Positions 9,749-19,151 of a stretch of DNA of 64,000 nt are shown here, piece after piece. Origin of the DNA: an archaeon. GTDB lineage: Archaea; Asgardarchaeota; Thorarchaeia; Thorarchaeales; Thorarchaeaceae. The notes under the pieces were generated by a model. The model was given only the letters and a program-made list of their open reading frames with translations. It did not search any database and was not told where the DNA came from. Where the stretch lies: contig JAJRWI010000079.1 of the NCBI GenBank assembly GCA_024276825.1, positions 51,365 to 115,364 on the forward strand, read 5' to 3'. Position numbers and translations under genes: made by a program. Within the stretch, counting starts at the first letter, position 1, and every line of letters begins with the position of its first letter.

Positions 9749-11300
9749 TCATCGACTTTTCATTTTAATTACTATAATCACTATGACAATTGCCATACCA
9801 CCAATTATTGACAGGGCCAGTGGCAAGTCAAGGGCAGGTGCCGGTGATTCGGAGGTGGGACCTGTTGTGGTTGTGGACTCAATGGTTGGGGCATAGAGAA
9901 CGAATCGGGCATAACTCCACACACCCTCATCATTTTTTGCATAGACTTCAAGAACATGCATTCCATTCTCAGGAAGACCAGTCAATACAGTGGTATTTGC
10001 CATTCCATCCCAACAGTAATAATACTCCGTTGGAACCTCACTGAAATATATCTCAGGGAGAGATCCTGCGGCCCGTTTACTACCATTCATCAATGCACGC
10101 ATGCTAATCTCGATAGGTCCACTGAGTGGTAGTGAATAGGGCGAGAAAACATCACCGTTCTGGTTAATGGGGTTGAATTCTACCTTGTTATTTGTGACAT
10201 TGATGACAAGATAGTGATATGCAGCAACGCCCCATGGATTATCATAAAGAGGCGCACCCCCACCGCCTGAGATTATGTTGACAACCCCATTGACTGTTAG
10301 TCTGTCGAACGAGTGATCATGCCCTGCAATGAAGGCGGTGACATTAGTACTCTCAAAGAGGGTTTGAAGCATTGCACGTTCTGTCTTATTCACATCCATA
10401 GCGCTTCCAAGATGCTTCACGGGATAGAGAGGTCTGTGTGCAAATACAAACTTGTATTGAGCAGTACAGGTTTCAAGGTCATTAACAAGCCAGTCATATT
10501 GAGTTCCAGTGATTCGTCCTTCGAAACCGAGTTCCTCCGAGTCAAGTAGAGTGAAGTGGATTCCACCATAATCGAATGACGAGTATGTCATTGGTTCGTC
10601 ATATAGGACAAAGGAATCAAGGAAATACTTGTCAACCCTCTTGTTATTAATCAGTTCCACATCGTGATTTCCAACGACACCGTATATTGGGGCATAATGA
10701 CCAATACGGTCAGTGATATTTGTGAAGGCCCCCCACGACTCTAGATTCCATGACTCTGATTCTAAAACATCATAGACATAGTCTCCAGTCATAAGAACGA
10801 GATGTGGCTCCTCTGCAATTATCATGTCTGCCAGAGTTGAGAAGACCTCAGGCTGCACAGTTCCAGAGGAGGGTCTGTTATCACCAATAACAATGATCTT
10901 CACAGAGTAAGGGTCATCGGGTGCGGTCTTGAAGTGATATACCTCACTCTCAGTGCCATTACTCCTTACCTTATACCAGTATTTAGAGTCGGGATTTAAA
11001 GATGAGATTCTGATGTAATGGTCCGTATCAAGAGTGCTATTACTCACAGTTTCAAGTATACTCTGGTTCAGACCATAGAACACGGTTGCATTAGTGGGAA
11101 GTGGAGTTCTCCAGAATAAGACTGCTGATTCATTTGTCACAAGATTCACTGTGGGACCACGAATGAAATAGGATTAATTTTGGGCCATGAAATGATCAAT
11201 TTGAGCGGCTGGAACGGAACTCCCAATTGCAACAGCGAAAAATGGAGAGAAAAGCAGACTGATAATTATGACCTTCTCAACACCTATTCTCAAATAATTC
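9749..11300 (-). CDS. Secreted, membrane-anchored purple-acid-phosphatase-like metallophosphoesterase (Fn3 + calcineurin-like), interrupted by in-frame TAA at 11174-11176
   Basis: GDNR, TGDYV, GNHD, AHRP and GHDH motifs; C-terminal TM. The signal peptide (IIISLLFSPFFAVA) is in the same frame upstream of one TAA (AQN*SYFIRGPTVNL). 5' end approximate. Confidence 0.8.
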
Positions 11301-11405
11301 ACCTTGCATACAACATGCGCGGGTCTTTTTAAGAGCTCTCGTTGAGCGACCAATATGGCTGCGATACAGTTTTCAGTAAAAGCCCTATTGTGAGCATGAT
11401 TGAAT

Positions 11406-12317
11406 ATGTATGTCAAGATTAGGAGAGATGGAGCACTTGGAATTGGCAGAGGATCAGAGGGTGATCGGGAGATAGCCATTGGCTATGGCGAGGCCCATAT
11501 GATAGCTGCTGCTCTTGAGAAGTTGGCACAGACCGCGCGAAGCTTCAAGCAGACTTACAAAAAGACCACAGATGTTGGTGCAGGGAACAAAATCGAGTTC
11601 GTCAGAACGGAGAGTGGGACCCTATCAATCTCTGGTGATGGGAATACATTCTTCTGCACTGACGAAGAAGTGAATGAGCTTGCAAATGTACTGAAGAATC
11701 TTCCGCCAATAGAGGTAGCACCAGCGTCAAACTATGTTCAAAAAGTCACACCAAAAGACGGGTTCTGTATTAAAGTCACGAATAACAACAAAAGTATCAT
11801 CTTGACCCTTCCCGAAGCAGCTGTCTTGAGAACGGCTGTTAAGGCAAGCCTGAACAGTAGATTCTATCATGAGTTGATAAAGATTGAAGACAGGACTCTT
11901 GGAGTCGAACGTTCGAGTGATCTGAAATGGGAGATAATAGCAAATAACGAGTCCGTGAGATTTACCGCCTATGAGATAGAGGCATTGATTGCAGGACTTC
12001 ATAATTCTATATTGGAAGTATTGATTGGCACTGTGAAGGCGAAAGGTTCTGATGATATCGCAGAGATTCGGTTCAAGAGTCTAATTCAGAGAATCGAGCA
12101 AGAGGCAACTGCCATATTAAAAGAACACAAGAAGGGAAAAGGCATTGTGAAAGAGATTGTGAAGTATTCTAAAAAGATTCTCGGAATTAGAACAGACGCC
12201 GAGATGCGTGCGATAACATTCATCGATTTATGCAAGTATATTCATTCAAAACTGGAACCACAATATGTGGGACCTCTTTTCAATATACTCACAATGACCA
12301 TGATTTCAGAACCATGA
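11406..12317 (+). CDS. Hypothetical protein with four beta-beta-beta-alpha repeats (PC4/PUR-like) and a helical C-terminus
   Basis: Long ORF with a recurring hydrophobic-(T/G)xxE-xxx-L helix motif. The fold call is inference. Confidence 0.7.
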   Translation: MYVKIRRDGALGIGRGSEGDREIAIGYGEAHMIAAALEKLAQTARSFKQTYKKTTDVGAGNKIEFVRTESGTLSISGDGNTFFCTDEEVNELANVLKNLPPIEVAPASNYVQKVTPKDGFCIKVTNNNKSIILTLPEAAVLRTAVKASLNSRFYHELIKIEDRTLGVERSSDLKWEIIANNESVRFTAYEIEALIAGLHNSILEVLIGTVKAKGSDDIAEIRFKSLIQRIEQEATAILKEHKKGKGIVKEIVKYSKKILGIRTDAEMRAITFIDLCKYIHSKLEPQYVGPLFNILTMTMISEP

Positions 12318-12341
12318 GAGATTGATTCACAACTCTTATGA

Positions 12342-13250
12342 GTGCCATATCCTGCAGTCTTCATTGGTAGAGGTGTTGATGTGCCAATCCAGTATATAAG
12401 GCAGCTGCAGAAGAGATGGGGATCAAAATCATTGCTTCAGTTTGTAAGGATGCTTGTTTTGCACAGAACACCCTTTGAAGATCTCCTTCAAAACATCTTT
12501 GATGCACTCGACACTTACAAAGCCAGATTTGCATTTCCTATTGTCGCCTCGATTGCCAGAATGCGGCCCGATCTTGTGCATATGATAATGCAAGAAGGAC
12601 ATGAGGTTGCAAGCCATGGGTTCAATCATTTGAGATATCCACAGTTAAGCCCAAGCCAACGTAAACGTGACTTGAAACAGAGCATCCATACTTTTGCAAG
12701 GATGGGTGTGAGTGTGAAAGGGTTTCGGGCCCCCTATGACAATTATTCAGATGACATGCCAGCAATGATAGATGAGTTCAATTTTGTCTGGGATGGCGGT
12801 TTTGGATACAGACCAGAACATCGCACAAGGACTGATTTCTTTAGAATTCAGACAGACAAAGGAAAGTCCAGGACCACATTCATTCCACTGAACTATTGGA
12901 GCGATGACAGAATGATTGACAAAATGCGTATGTCATCCGAGATGATCTCAAAGATATTAAAGGCAGAGATACAAAAGGTGGCTTTGAAAGGAGGAGTAGT
13001 CATGTTTGATCTGCATCCGATACGTATTGGACAGAGTGAGTACGTGGGTTGTCTGAGAGATATTGTTGAATATACACATACTTTGGGGGGATGGGTTCCG
13101 ACTCCGAGTAAGGCTGTGAGTCACTGGAACAAGAATGGCTCATGGAAGAGTGGTACAAAGTTCTGCCTGCTGCTCACAGGGGATATTGATAATTGGGTCT
13201 TCTCAGATTATCTACGAAGACAGATATTGAAGCTTTATGACAGGGGTTGA
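12342..13250 (+). CDS. Polysaccharide deacetylase (NodB/CE4-like)
   Basis: GHEVASHGFNH, GFRAPY, FDLHP. Confidence 0.85.
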   Translation: MPYPAVFIGRGVDVPIQYIRQLQKRWGSKSLLQFVRMLVLHRTPFEDLLQNIFDALDTYKARFAFPIVASIARMRPDLVHMIMQEGHEVASHGFNHLRYPQLSPSQRKRDLKQSIHTFARMGVSVKGFRAPYDNYSDDMPAMIDEFNFVWDGGFGYRPEHRTRTDFFRIQTDKGKSRTTFIPLNYWSDDRMIDKMRMSSEMISKILKAEIQKVALKGGVVMFDLHPIRIGQSEYVGCLRDIVEYTHTLGGWVPTPSKAVSHWNKNGSWKSGTKFCLLLTGDIDNWVFSDYLRRQILKLYDRG

Positions 13251-13708
13251 CATTATTGGGAAAAGCACTTGGCAGAATCTGGCGAATAATCGCATGGCTT
13301 GCTCCTATGCATCAGCTGCGAGTTGCAGCTCATCGAAAATGTGGAGTGGAGATTGGAAAAGGCGTGTTTATTGGAGCCAATGTGATGATTGATAGCGAGC
13401 ACCCCGAATATGTTGAGATAAGGGACTATGTGGCAATAGGACCAGGCGCAATGATAATGGCTCATGGTGGGGCAAGTAAACTGCACCAGAGAATGGGGCT
13501 ATTTTCCCAACCACCACAAAAGATCGTGATTGAGAAGGGGGCATGGATAGCAGCTGGTGCCATCATTCTTCCCGGGGTCACAGTTGGGAAAGGGGCTATT
13601 GTTGCAGCAGGTGCAGTAGTCAGCAGAGATGTTCCACCCATGACTATGGTAGTGGGTAACCCAGCACGAGTGGTTCAAAAACTCGAAACTGCAGATATAG
13701 ATGATTAG
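13247..13708 (+). CDS. Hexapeptide-repeat (LbH) O-acyltransferase
   Basis: IGKGVFIG, IEKGAWIAAGAIILPGVTVGKGAIVAAGAVV..DVP...V.GNPA. Confidence 0.92.
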   Translation: MTLLGKALGRIWRIIAWLAPMHQLRVAAHRKCGVEIGKGVFIGANVMIDSEHPEYVEIRDYVAIGPGAMIMAHGGASKLHQRMGLFSQPPQKIVIEKGAWIAAGAIILPGVTVGKGAIVAAGAVVSRDVPPMTMVVGNPARVVQKLETADIDD

Positions 13709-13938
13709 ACCTTGCTTGCAAGTACTCTCTTGAGGTCTCCAACGGTCCAAATATCAACTACCTCTTCATCATCGAAAGTCACACCAAAGGCATTCTCAAT
13801 CTCACTGATCAAAATTAGGTGGGCCATCGAGTCCCAAGGCTCGTAGTCCTTTCTTCGGAGCTCATCACTGATCTCATCCTTGTCAATAAGTAGCACGAGA
13901 GAGATTATTTCATTAACGCGTTCATCAATGTCGTTCAA
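13705..13938 (-). CDS. Acyl carrier protein
   Basis: 77 aa, acidic, with WDSMAHL.LI..IE..FGV.F and TVGD; phosphopantetheine Ser in DS. Confidence 0.9.
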   Translation of the reverse strand: MNDIDERVNEIISLVLLIDKDEISDELRRKDYEPWDSMAHLILISEIENAFGVTFDDEEVVDIWTVGDLKRVLASKV

Positions 13939-13941
13939 AGT

Positions 13942-15771
13942 TCATCCCTCGGTCAGTTCTATCCACTCGGGAACATCAACCATTTTCTCTTCAAGATCAA
14001 GGGTCCATTCAGTCGCCCCATCGGAGGTCTCCTTGGACTTGACAAAGCCATGACGTTCATAAAAGTCTGAGGCGGGAGGATTCTTCTTAGTGGGAATATA
14101 CTCACCGATGACTCTCTTTGCACCTGCTGAACGTGCATCATTGATGATTTTCGCAAGAAATGCGGTCTCAACAGATCTGCCAATTACCCGACAGCTCATC
14201 AGGAAGGAGTCAATCCGCCAAGTGTCTGCATCCCTCTTTATAATCGCAACTCCCACAATACCCTCATCACCAAAGCGATCAGTCACAGACATGCTATAAA
14301 CAACCCAGTCTTCCGAGTCCCTGAAACCCTGCACTTCTGCATGAGTATATCGCTTTGTTGTGAGGTTGAACTGGTTGGTCTTACCTATCATCTGCACCAC
14401 ACGAGGCATGTTAAAATCAGATACTTCCTGCACATGGACCTTGAGTTCAAGAGTGCGTAAGAAGTCCTCAAGAGAGGCCGCTTTTCGCTCCAACTCGGCA
14501 CGCTTTCTACGACCAACATACATCTCTCCACGTGCGAGGTCTTCCTTGGTCAATGTGAGAACATCAAACACATTCAGTCTCTCAATGGTCGCCCGATAGA
14601 GCCGCGGATTCTCAGGCATCTCGACAACCAGCACCTCAGGAAGAGCCTGTCTGACCTGTGCCCGTTCAACAGGATTGTCATCAATGAACACCATGGAATC
14701 AAGACCTATATTGATCTCTTGTGCCAGCTCAATCATGTTCTGTGCCTTGTTTTGCCAGTTGATTCTGAGAGCAGCAAAATGTTCCTCCCGTAATACCTGA
14801 TAGGGATGCTCCCTGAGCACCTTGATGGCATCATCAAAGTTGTTCTTACTGTTAACAGCCAGAATAATTCCTCGATTGTACAGGCTCAGTAATGTCCTTT
14901 GGAACTCAAGATACTCGATACCTGGAGATGTTGTTCCAAGCTTGATTCCTTCCAATCCATCCTCACCAATTATGCCGCCCCAGAGGGTGTTGTCCAAATC
15001 TAAGACAATACATTTCTTCGAGAGACCTTTCAACGCACGGACATAACGAACATATTCATCAGCAAGAAAAGGCATGAAGTCTGCGCTGAACGAAACTGAA
15101 CCACGATAGAACGTGTTCCAGTCAACAAGTCGTGACTTTCCAAAATCGGAGGCAATGGCATCAAGGTCCACAACATGGATTCTGTCAGTGGTCCTGAGAG
15201 CATCAATTAATCTGGCGTTGGCCTGTTGAAAGAACTCGCGAAGTCCAAGAACCTGCTTCGAGTCAACAATGCCAAGCGGGGTGAAAACAGGAATCAGAAA
15301 GTTGTTCACAAGCACCAGTGCAGAACTATTCTGTTCTAATGCTTGGGCGACATTTAGAACTTCATTCGTAATGTTGTCAACCAGAGTTTCACGGTCTTCA
15401 GTGTTCATTCTAGGAAATGATGACAGAAAGTCTTGATCTAAAAGAGACCATGCATCAATAGCCAGTATTACAACATCTGGATTATGCGAATAGAGTGATG
15501 ATGATGGATTTAGCGCTTCTTGGCGATAAGTGTTAAAGCCACCAACAAAGGTATCCACATGTAGACCTAATAGGCGAACCTTGATGTCTATACAGGCTGC
15601 AAGAGGTTCGAGAGTTGATGACCCAATCACCGCAAGACGCACAATTCTGCTTGAATCTTCAGGAGGAGTGACCTCAAGGCGCTCTATCTTCTTATATGCA
15701 CTCCACAGATTAAGATAGGTCTGCGTCTCACGGACTGAGTCGAGGATTTTTTTCAAGGCATCATCACTCAT
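13942..15771 (-). CDS. fkbH: FkbH-like glyceryl-ACP transferase/phosphatase (HAD-IIIC + GNAT-like)
   Basis: VLDLDNTLWGG, SKN, INW..K, FIDDNP.ER, KTNQFNLT and MSCRV (acyl Cys). Confidence 0.93.
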   Translation of the reverse strand: MSDDALKKILDSVRETQTYLNLWSAYKKIERLEVTPPEDSSRIVRLAVIGSSTLEPLAACIDIKVRLLGLHVDTFVGGFNTYRQEALNPSSSLYSHNPDVVILAIDAWSLLDQDFLSSFPRMNTEDRETLVDNITNEVLNVAQALEQNSSALVLVNNFLIPVFTPLGIVDSKQVLGLREFFQQANARLIDALRTTDRIHVVDLDAIASDFGKSRLVDWNTFYRGSVSFSADFMPFLADEYVRYVRALKGLSKKCIVLDLDNTLWGGIIGEDGLEGIKLGTTSPGIEYLEFQRTLLSLYNRGIILAVNSKNNFDDAIKVLREHPYQVLREEHFAALRINWQNKAQNMIELAQEINIGLDSMVFIDDNPVERAQVRQALPEVLVVEMPENPRLYRATIERLNVFDVLTLTKEDLARGEMYVGRRKRAELERKAASLEDFLRTLELKVHVQEVSDFNMPRVVQMIGKTNQFNLTTKRYTHAEVQGFRDSEDWVVYSMSVTDRFGDEGIVGVAIIKRDADTWRIDSFLMSCRVIGRSVETAFLAKIINDARSAGAKRVIGEYIPTKKNPPASDFYERHGFVKSKETSDGATEWTLDLEEKMVDVPEWIELTEG

Positions 15772-15776
15772 TCAAA

Positions 15777-16220
15777 TCACTCCTTTTCATTCAGCTGACT
15801 CATAGCATCTATCAACATGCTTCCAATAGTTGCAGGTGGCAATTGAAGGTCTTTTGATAAGTTAATTGCAACTGCTATCGCATGCGTTTTTGAATGCGAT
15901 AATGACACATGGATTCTGTCGGATTCTTCACCAAACATCTTAACATAGGGCTTCCCATTGGCCCTCCTAAGTATCTCTACAGACTTGTAAGGAATCACAT
16001 CATTGGCACCAACTGTTTTTATCACAGCCTCCTTACCTGCAAAGTTGGCAGCAAGGTGAGGGGCAGGTTCAGCGAAGCTGAAGATGTATAGCATCTCATC
16101 ATTTGAGAATATTCGCTTGACGAAGGGCGATTCCGAATGAAGGTCTTTGAAGCGTTCAATCTTTATAATATCAGCTCCCACGGAGACCTCTCTATTTGAT
16201 GTGCCATCGAAATCTGCCAA
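15777..16220 (-). CDS. acpS: Holo-ACP synthase (4'-phosphopantetheinyl transferase)
   Basis: GADII.I.RF, FS.DE, FAGKEA..K, GKP, VSLSH...A.A. Confidence 0.9.
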   Translation of the reverse strand: MADFDGTSNREVSVGADIIKIERFKDLHSESPFVKRIFSNDEMLYIFSFAEPAPHLAANFAGKEAVIKTVGANDVIPYKSVEILRRANGKPYVKMFGEESDRIHVSLSHSKTHAIAVAINLSKDLQLPPATIGSMLIDAMSQLNEKE

Positions 16221-16279
16221 CTTGACTCGAAGTAAACAGAGATGTTAGTCTTATAATAATATAGAAACAATATGGAAGG

Positions 16280-17713
16280 TCATTGCCCCCTTTGAATGAT
16301 TGCTGTGGACCAAGGATATTTTTCAAGAATATCATTAATTAGTCGTGACACCTTATTCTCCTCAGAGGTTCCCAAATAGACCAGAATCACAACTTTTCCG
16401 CCACGAGTCCTTTTGAACTTCTGATACATGGTCTTTGTCGTGCTGATAACGTCACAGACCACCATTACTTCTGCCTGAGGTATGTCGAGGTCACGCTCGC
16501 CCACAGGTGACATGACAAGAGCGTTGATATTCTTGTTCTCCTTAAACTCGCGTAGAACCGAACCCTTGTCATTGGTTGACCCGGTGATTGTAAGGGTTTC
16601 AAGACCTTTTGATGTTAATAGATGTTTGATCTGGCGGACCATTGCAATGTATGAGGTGAGAACCAGAGTTTTTTTGTGTTTCATGGCAATCTCAAGTACC
16701 TTAACCGCCTTTGATGATACTCTTGGCAGAGTCTTTCTCAGACTCGCAATGTCAAAATAGTGGCTGAGAAAGTCGCCTCTAAACTGGCGCAGGAAGCTAT
16801 GAGGAGGCATAGCAAAGACATATCGCCGTAGCATCAGAAGACCCGAATATCTTGCCTTGAGTTCTTCATCAATTGGCAGGCGATCAAGCATCAGATGCAC
16901 TCTGCGAGGGTCATCATCAACAAGATGGACCTGACCAAAATCATCGAGCTCTTGTAATATCTCATCCCTTGTGGACTTGATCAATGTGTCAAGAGCAAGA
17001 ACAATCCCTCGTATCTTGGAATCACTGACTAGTAAAACAGTGAGGAATGTGGGCTCAAGATGTTCCAAAACATCCGTGTTTAATATCTCATCCATTGTGA
17101 TCACTTGCGAGTTAGGAATGTGTTGCTGTAATGTCAACAGCTCCTTGCGTATCTCCAGCTGCTCGCTAGTGAACACAGCATGCTCATCGCGAAGAGTGCC
17201 ACTCATGCCAATGATCCACTTTTCTCTAAAGAAGTGTAGAATGACTGGCCAGGGAAAGACTATTGTGGTTCTACCGCCAGCTCGCCTTGCTAATGTGTCA
17301 ACCTCGTTGATGAGAAGCATCTGAAACTGTTCAACAATCTCAGGATATTGTTCTATCATCTTTGCGAGAATTTGAGGAGTTGATACAATAACGCGTTTCT
17401 CCTTGAGAACATAGGGTCTTATGGATGAGGGGACATGAGACGATAGCTCTCCAATCTCATCATCAAGGCCAGTATATTCGTGCTTTAAATAATCAACAGT
17501 TTCAGCAAGTGAGGATGATGAATGAACGACGATGATCACGCGAGTATTCGGAAATCTCTGAGAAACCAGCTGGTGAGTGATAAACCTCTTCCCAAGTCCG
17601 CAGTCTAACTCCACAAGGACATTAGTCCCCTGTAATTTGACTAACCTGTCAAGAATGTGTCGCTGGTATCCCCGTGGAGTGTAATCGGTCGTGTTCCTCA
17701 TCTCCAGACTCAA
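16280..17713 (-). CDS. SF2 helicase-like protein (Hef/FANCM-like) with degenerate motifs
   Basis: Q motif PRGYQ; motif I LDCGLGKR, Ia-Ib STPQ, II INEVD, III MSGT, V VGERDLDIP, VI QKFKRTRG. Confidence 0.8.
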   Translation of the reverse strand: MSLEMRNTTDYTPRGYQRHILDRLVKLQGTNVLVELDCGLGKRFITHQLVSQRFPNTRVIIVVHSSSSLAETVDYLKHEYTGLDDEIGELSSHVPSSIRPYVLKEKRVIVSTPQILAKMIEQYPEIVEQFQMLLINEVDTLARRAGGRTTIVFPWPVILHFFREKWIIGMSGTLRDEHAVFTSEQLEIRKELLTLQQHIPNSQVITMDEILNTDVLEHLEPTFLTVLLVSDSKIRGIVLALDTLIKSTRDEILQELDDFGQVHLVDDDPRRVHLMLDRLPIDEELKARYSGLLMLRRYVFAMPPHSFLRQFRGDFLSHYFDIASLRKTLPRVSSKAVKVLEIAMKHKKTLVLTSYIAMVRQIKHLLTSKGLETLTITGSTNDKGSVLREFKENKNINALVMSPVGERDLDIPQAEVMVVCDVISTTKTMYQKFKRTRGGKVVILVYLGTSEENKVSRLINDILEKYPWSTAIIQRGQ

Positions 17714-17756
17714 TTCTCATTATCCATGAATGACTCAGACTCACTGTTAAAGTCCA

Positions 17757-18155
17757 CTAGAAACTCTTGAAAACCTTTGCAATTGCAGGTCCCTTAACAT
17801 GCATGCGAAACTCATTGAGACCTTCAGGGACTATATGAACAGGAAACCCTCGCTCTACAAGACGTGATTTGACCTCAAAGATTATCTCATTTGCTAGTTC
17901 GGGTGGTGCCTTGCTCTCTGCAATATGAGCAAAGGAGTGAAGAACAATGTTCTCACAACCAGTCTTTTTTGACATCCATCTGATGTTCTTGACCATCTTT
18001 CTGAGGACGGCGATCTTGTCATCAACATCCTTTTCTTCTGCCTGAATCCAGACAAGGAGAGTTTCGCCAAAGGGCACGCCCTCGGATTCAGGAGCCGAAT
18101 GCGGCCGATACCAGAACTCTTCAAGATGAAACATTAGGATCTTCAACTTAATCAC
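17757..18155 (-). CDS. Stand-alone threonyl-tRNA synthetase editing-domain-like protein
   Basis: KILMFH..EF.Y, IVLHSFAH....A.P, EF.MHVKG..K.F; archaeal ThrRS editing (DTD-like) fold. Confidence 0.8.
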   Translation of the reverse strand: MIKLKILMFHLEEFWYRPHSAPESEGVPFGETLLVWIQAEEKDVDDKIAVLRKMVKNIRWMSKKTGCENIVLHSFAHIAESKAPPELANEIIFEVKSRLVERGFPVHIVPEGLNEFRMHVKGPAIAKVFKSF

Positions 18156-18161
18156 TATCTC

Positions 18162-19046
18162 CTACAGGTGCTCGCCTTCTGTTGGCGTTTCGGACTCGTT
18201 GGCCTCATTCATGTGAACTCGCGATCCTTCAATCACAGGACGCTTCAGGACACCACTGATGTCAATCTCCGCTTCAATGTCCTTTCGTGGAATCGCCTTG
18301 CCATGAACCCATATGTGATTATCAGGAATCTTCTTGTCCTTGGGCACTACAGTGTTCGCTCCAATGATGACATTGTTGCCAATATCAGCACCAGGGAGAA
18401 TTACTGCATTTGCTCCGATAGTGACATTATTGCCAAGCTTGACTGTCTTCAGATAAAGGCGAGTGCCCTCATATACATGACCACTCAGAATTGCATCATA
18501 GCCAAAAAAGCAGTTGTTGCCAATAATTGTGCGCTCGGGGTTGAACAGCCGACCATTACCCACGATTGTGTTCTTTCCAATCTTGGCACCAAAGAGGGTG
18601 TGTCTTGGTTTGGTGTCAAAGAATATTGTAAAGAAGCCTGCAAAGTACGGAAACAGAATATAATATACTTCGAAAAATTCATACAACAACCACTTCTCGG
18701 TTTCTGCCTCATAATACCCATCTTCTAAGAAGGGGATGCCTCGCCTTGAGAGCTTAAACATCATCACAAGAAAGCCAAGAAAGACCCCATAGCAGATCAA
18801 ACCGATTGGGACAAAAAATACGATGAACCAAAAGTAGTCTGCAACAAATGGGGGAAGTAAGGGACCAAATGTGATCAGGAACCAGTCCTTTATTGCTGTG
18901 AACGGCCAGCCAAATGCAGTTATGAAGGCTTCAAAATTCTGCAGGCAGAAAGCAAACAGGAAAATTGCAGGAAGAGCTGAAATGGTCAGACTCACCAGTA
19001 TTGAGAGTACCATGTAGATACTATATGCGATTGTACGAATCTTCAA
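18162..19046 (-). CDS. Membrane-bound hexapeptide-repeat acyltransferase
   Basis: Two to three N-terminal TM segments, then FGAKIGKNT...IGNNCFFG...LGNNVTIGANAVILPGA.IG. Confidence 0.82.
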   Translation of the reverse strand: MKIRTIAYSIYMVLSILVSLTISALPAIFLFAFCLQNFEAFITAFGWPFTAIKDWFLITFGPLLPPFVADYFWFIVFFVPIGLICYGVFLGFLVMMFKLSRRGIPFLEDGYYEAETEKWLLYEFFEVYYILFPYFAGFFTIFFDTKPRHTLFGAKIGKNTIVGNGRLFNPERTIIGNNCFFGYDAILSGHVYEGTRLYLKTVKLGNNVTIGANAVILPGADIGNNVIIGANTVVPKDKKIPDNHIWVHGKAIPRKDIEAEIDISGVLKRPVIEGSRVHMNEANESETPTEGEHL

Positions 19047-19151
19047 AGGGGCATCTCCTTGAAATTCTTACAGAACATCCTCCAATTTGAAAGTTGCTCC
19101 TTGTTCAGAAATAATTATAGAGGCATCATTGTTGTGATGGTCAGTGTCTAG

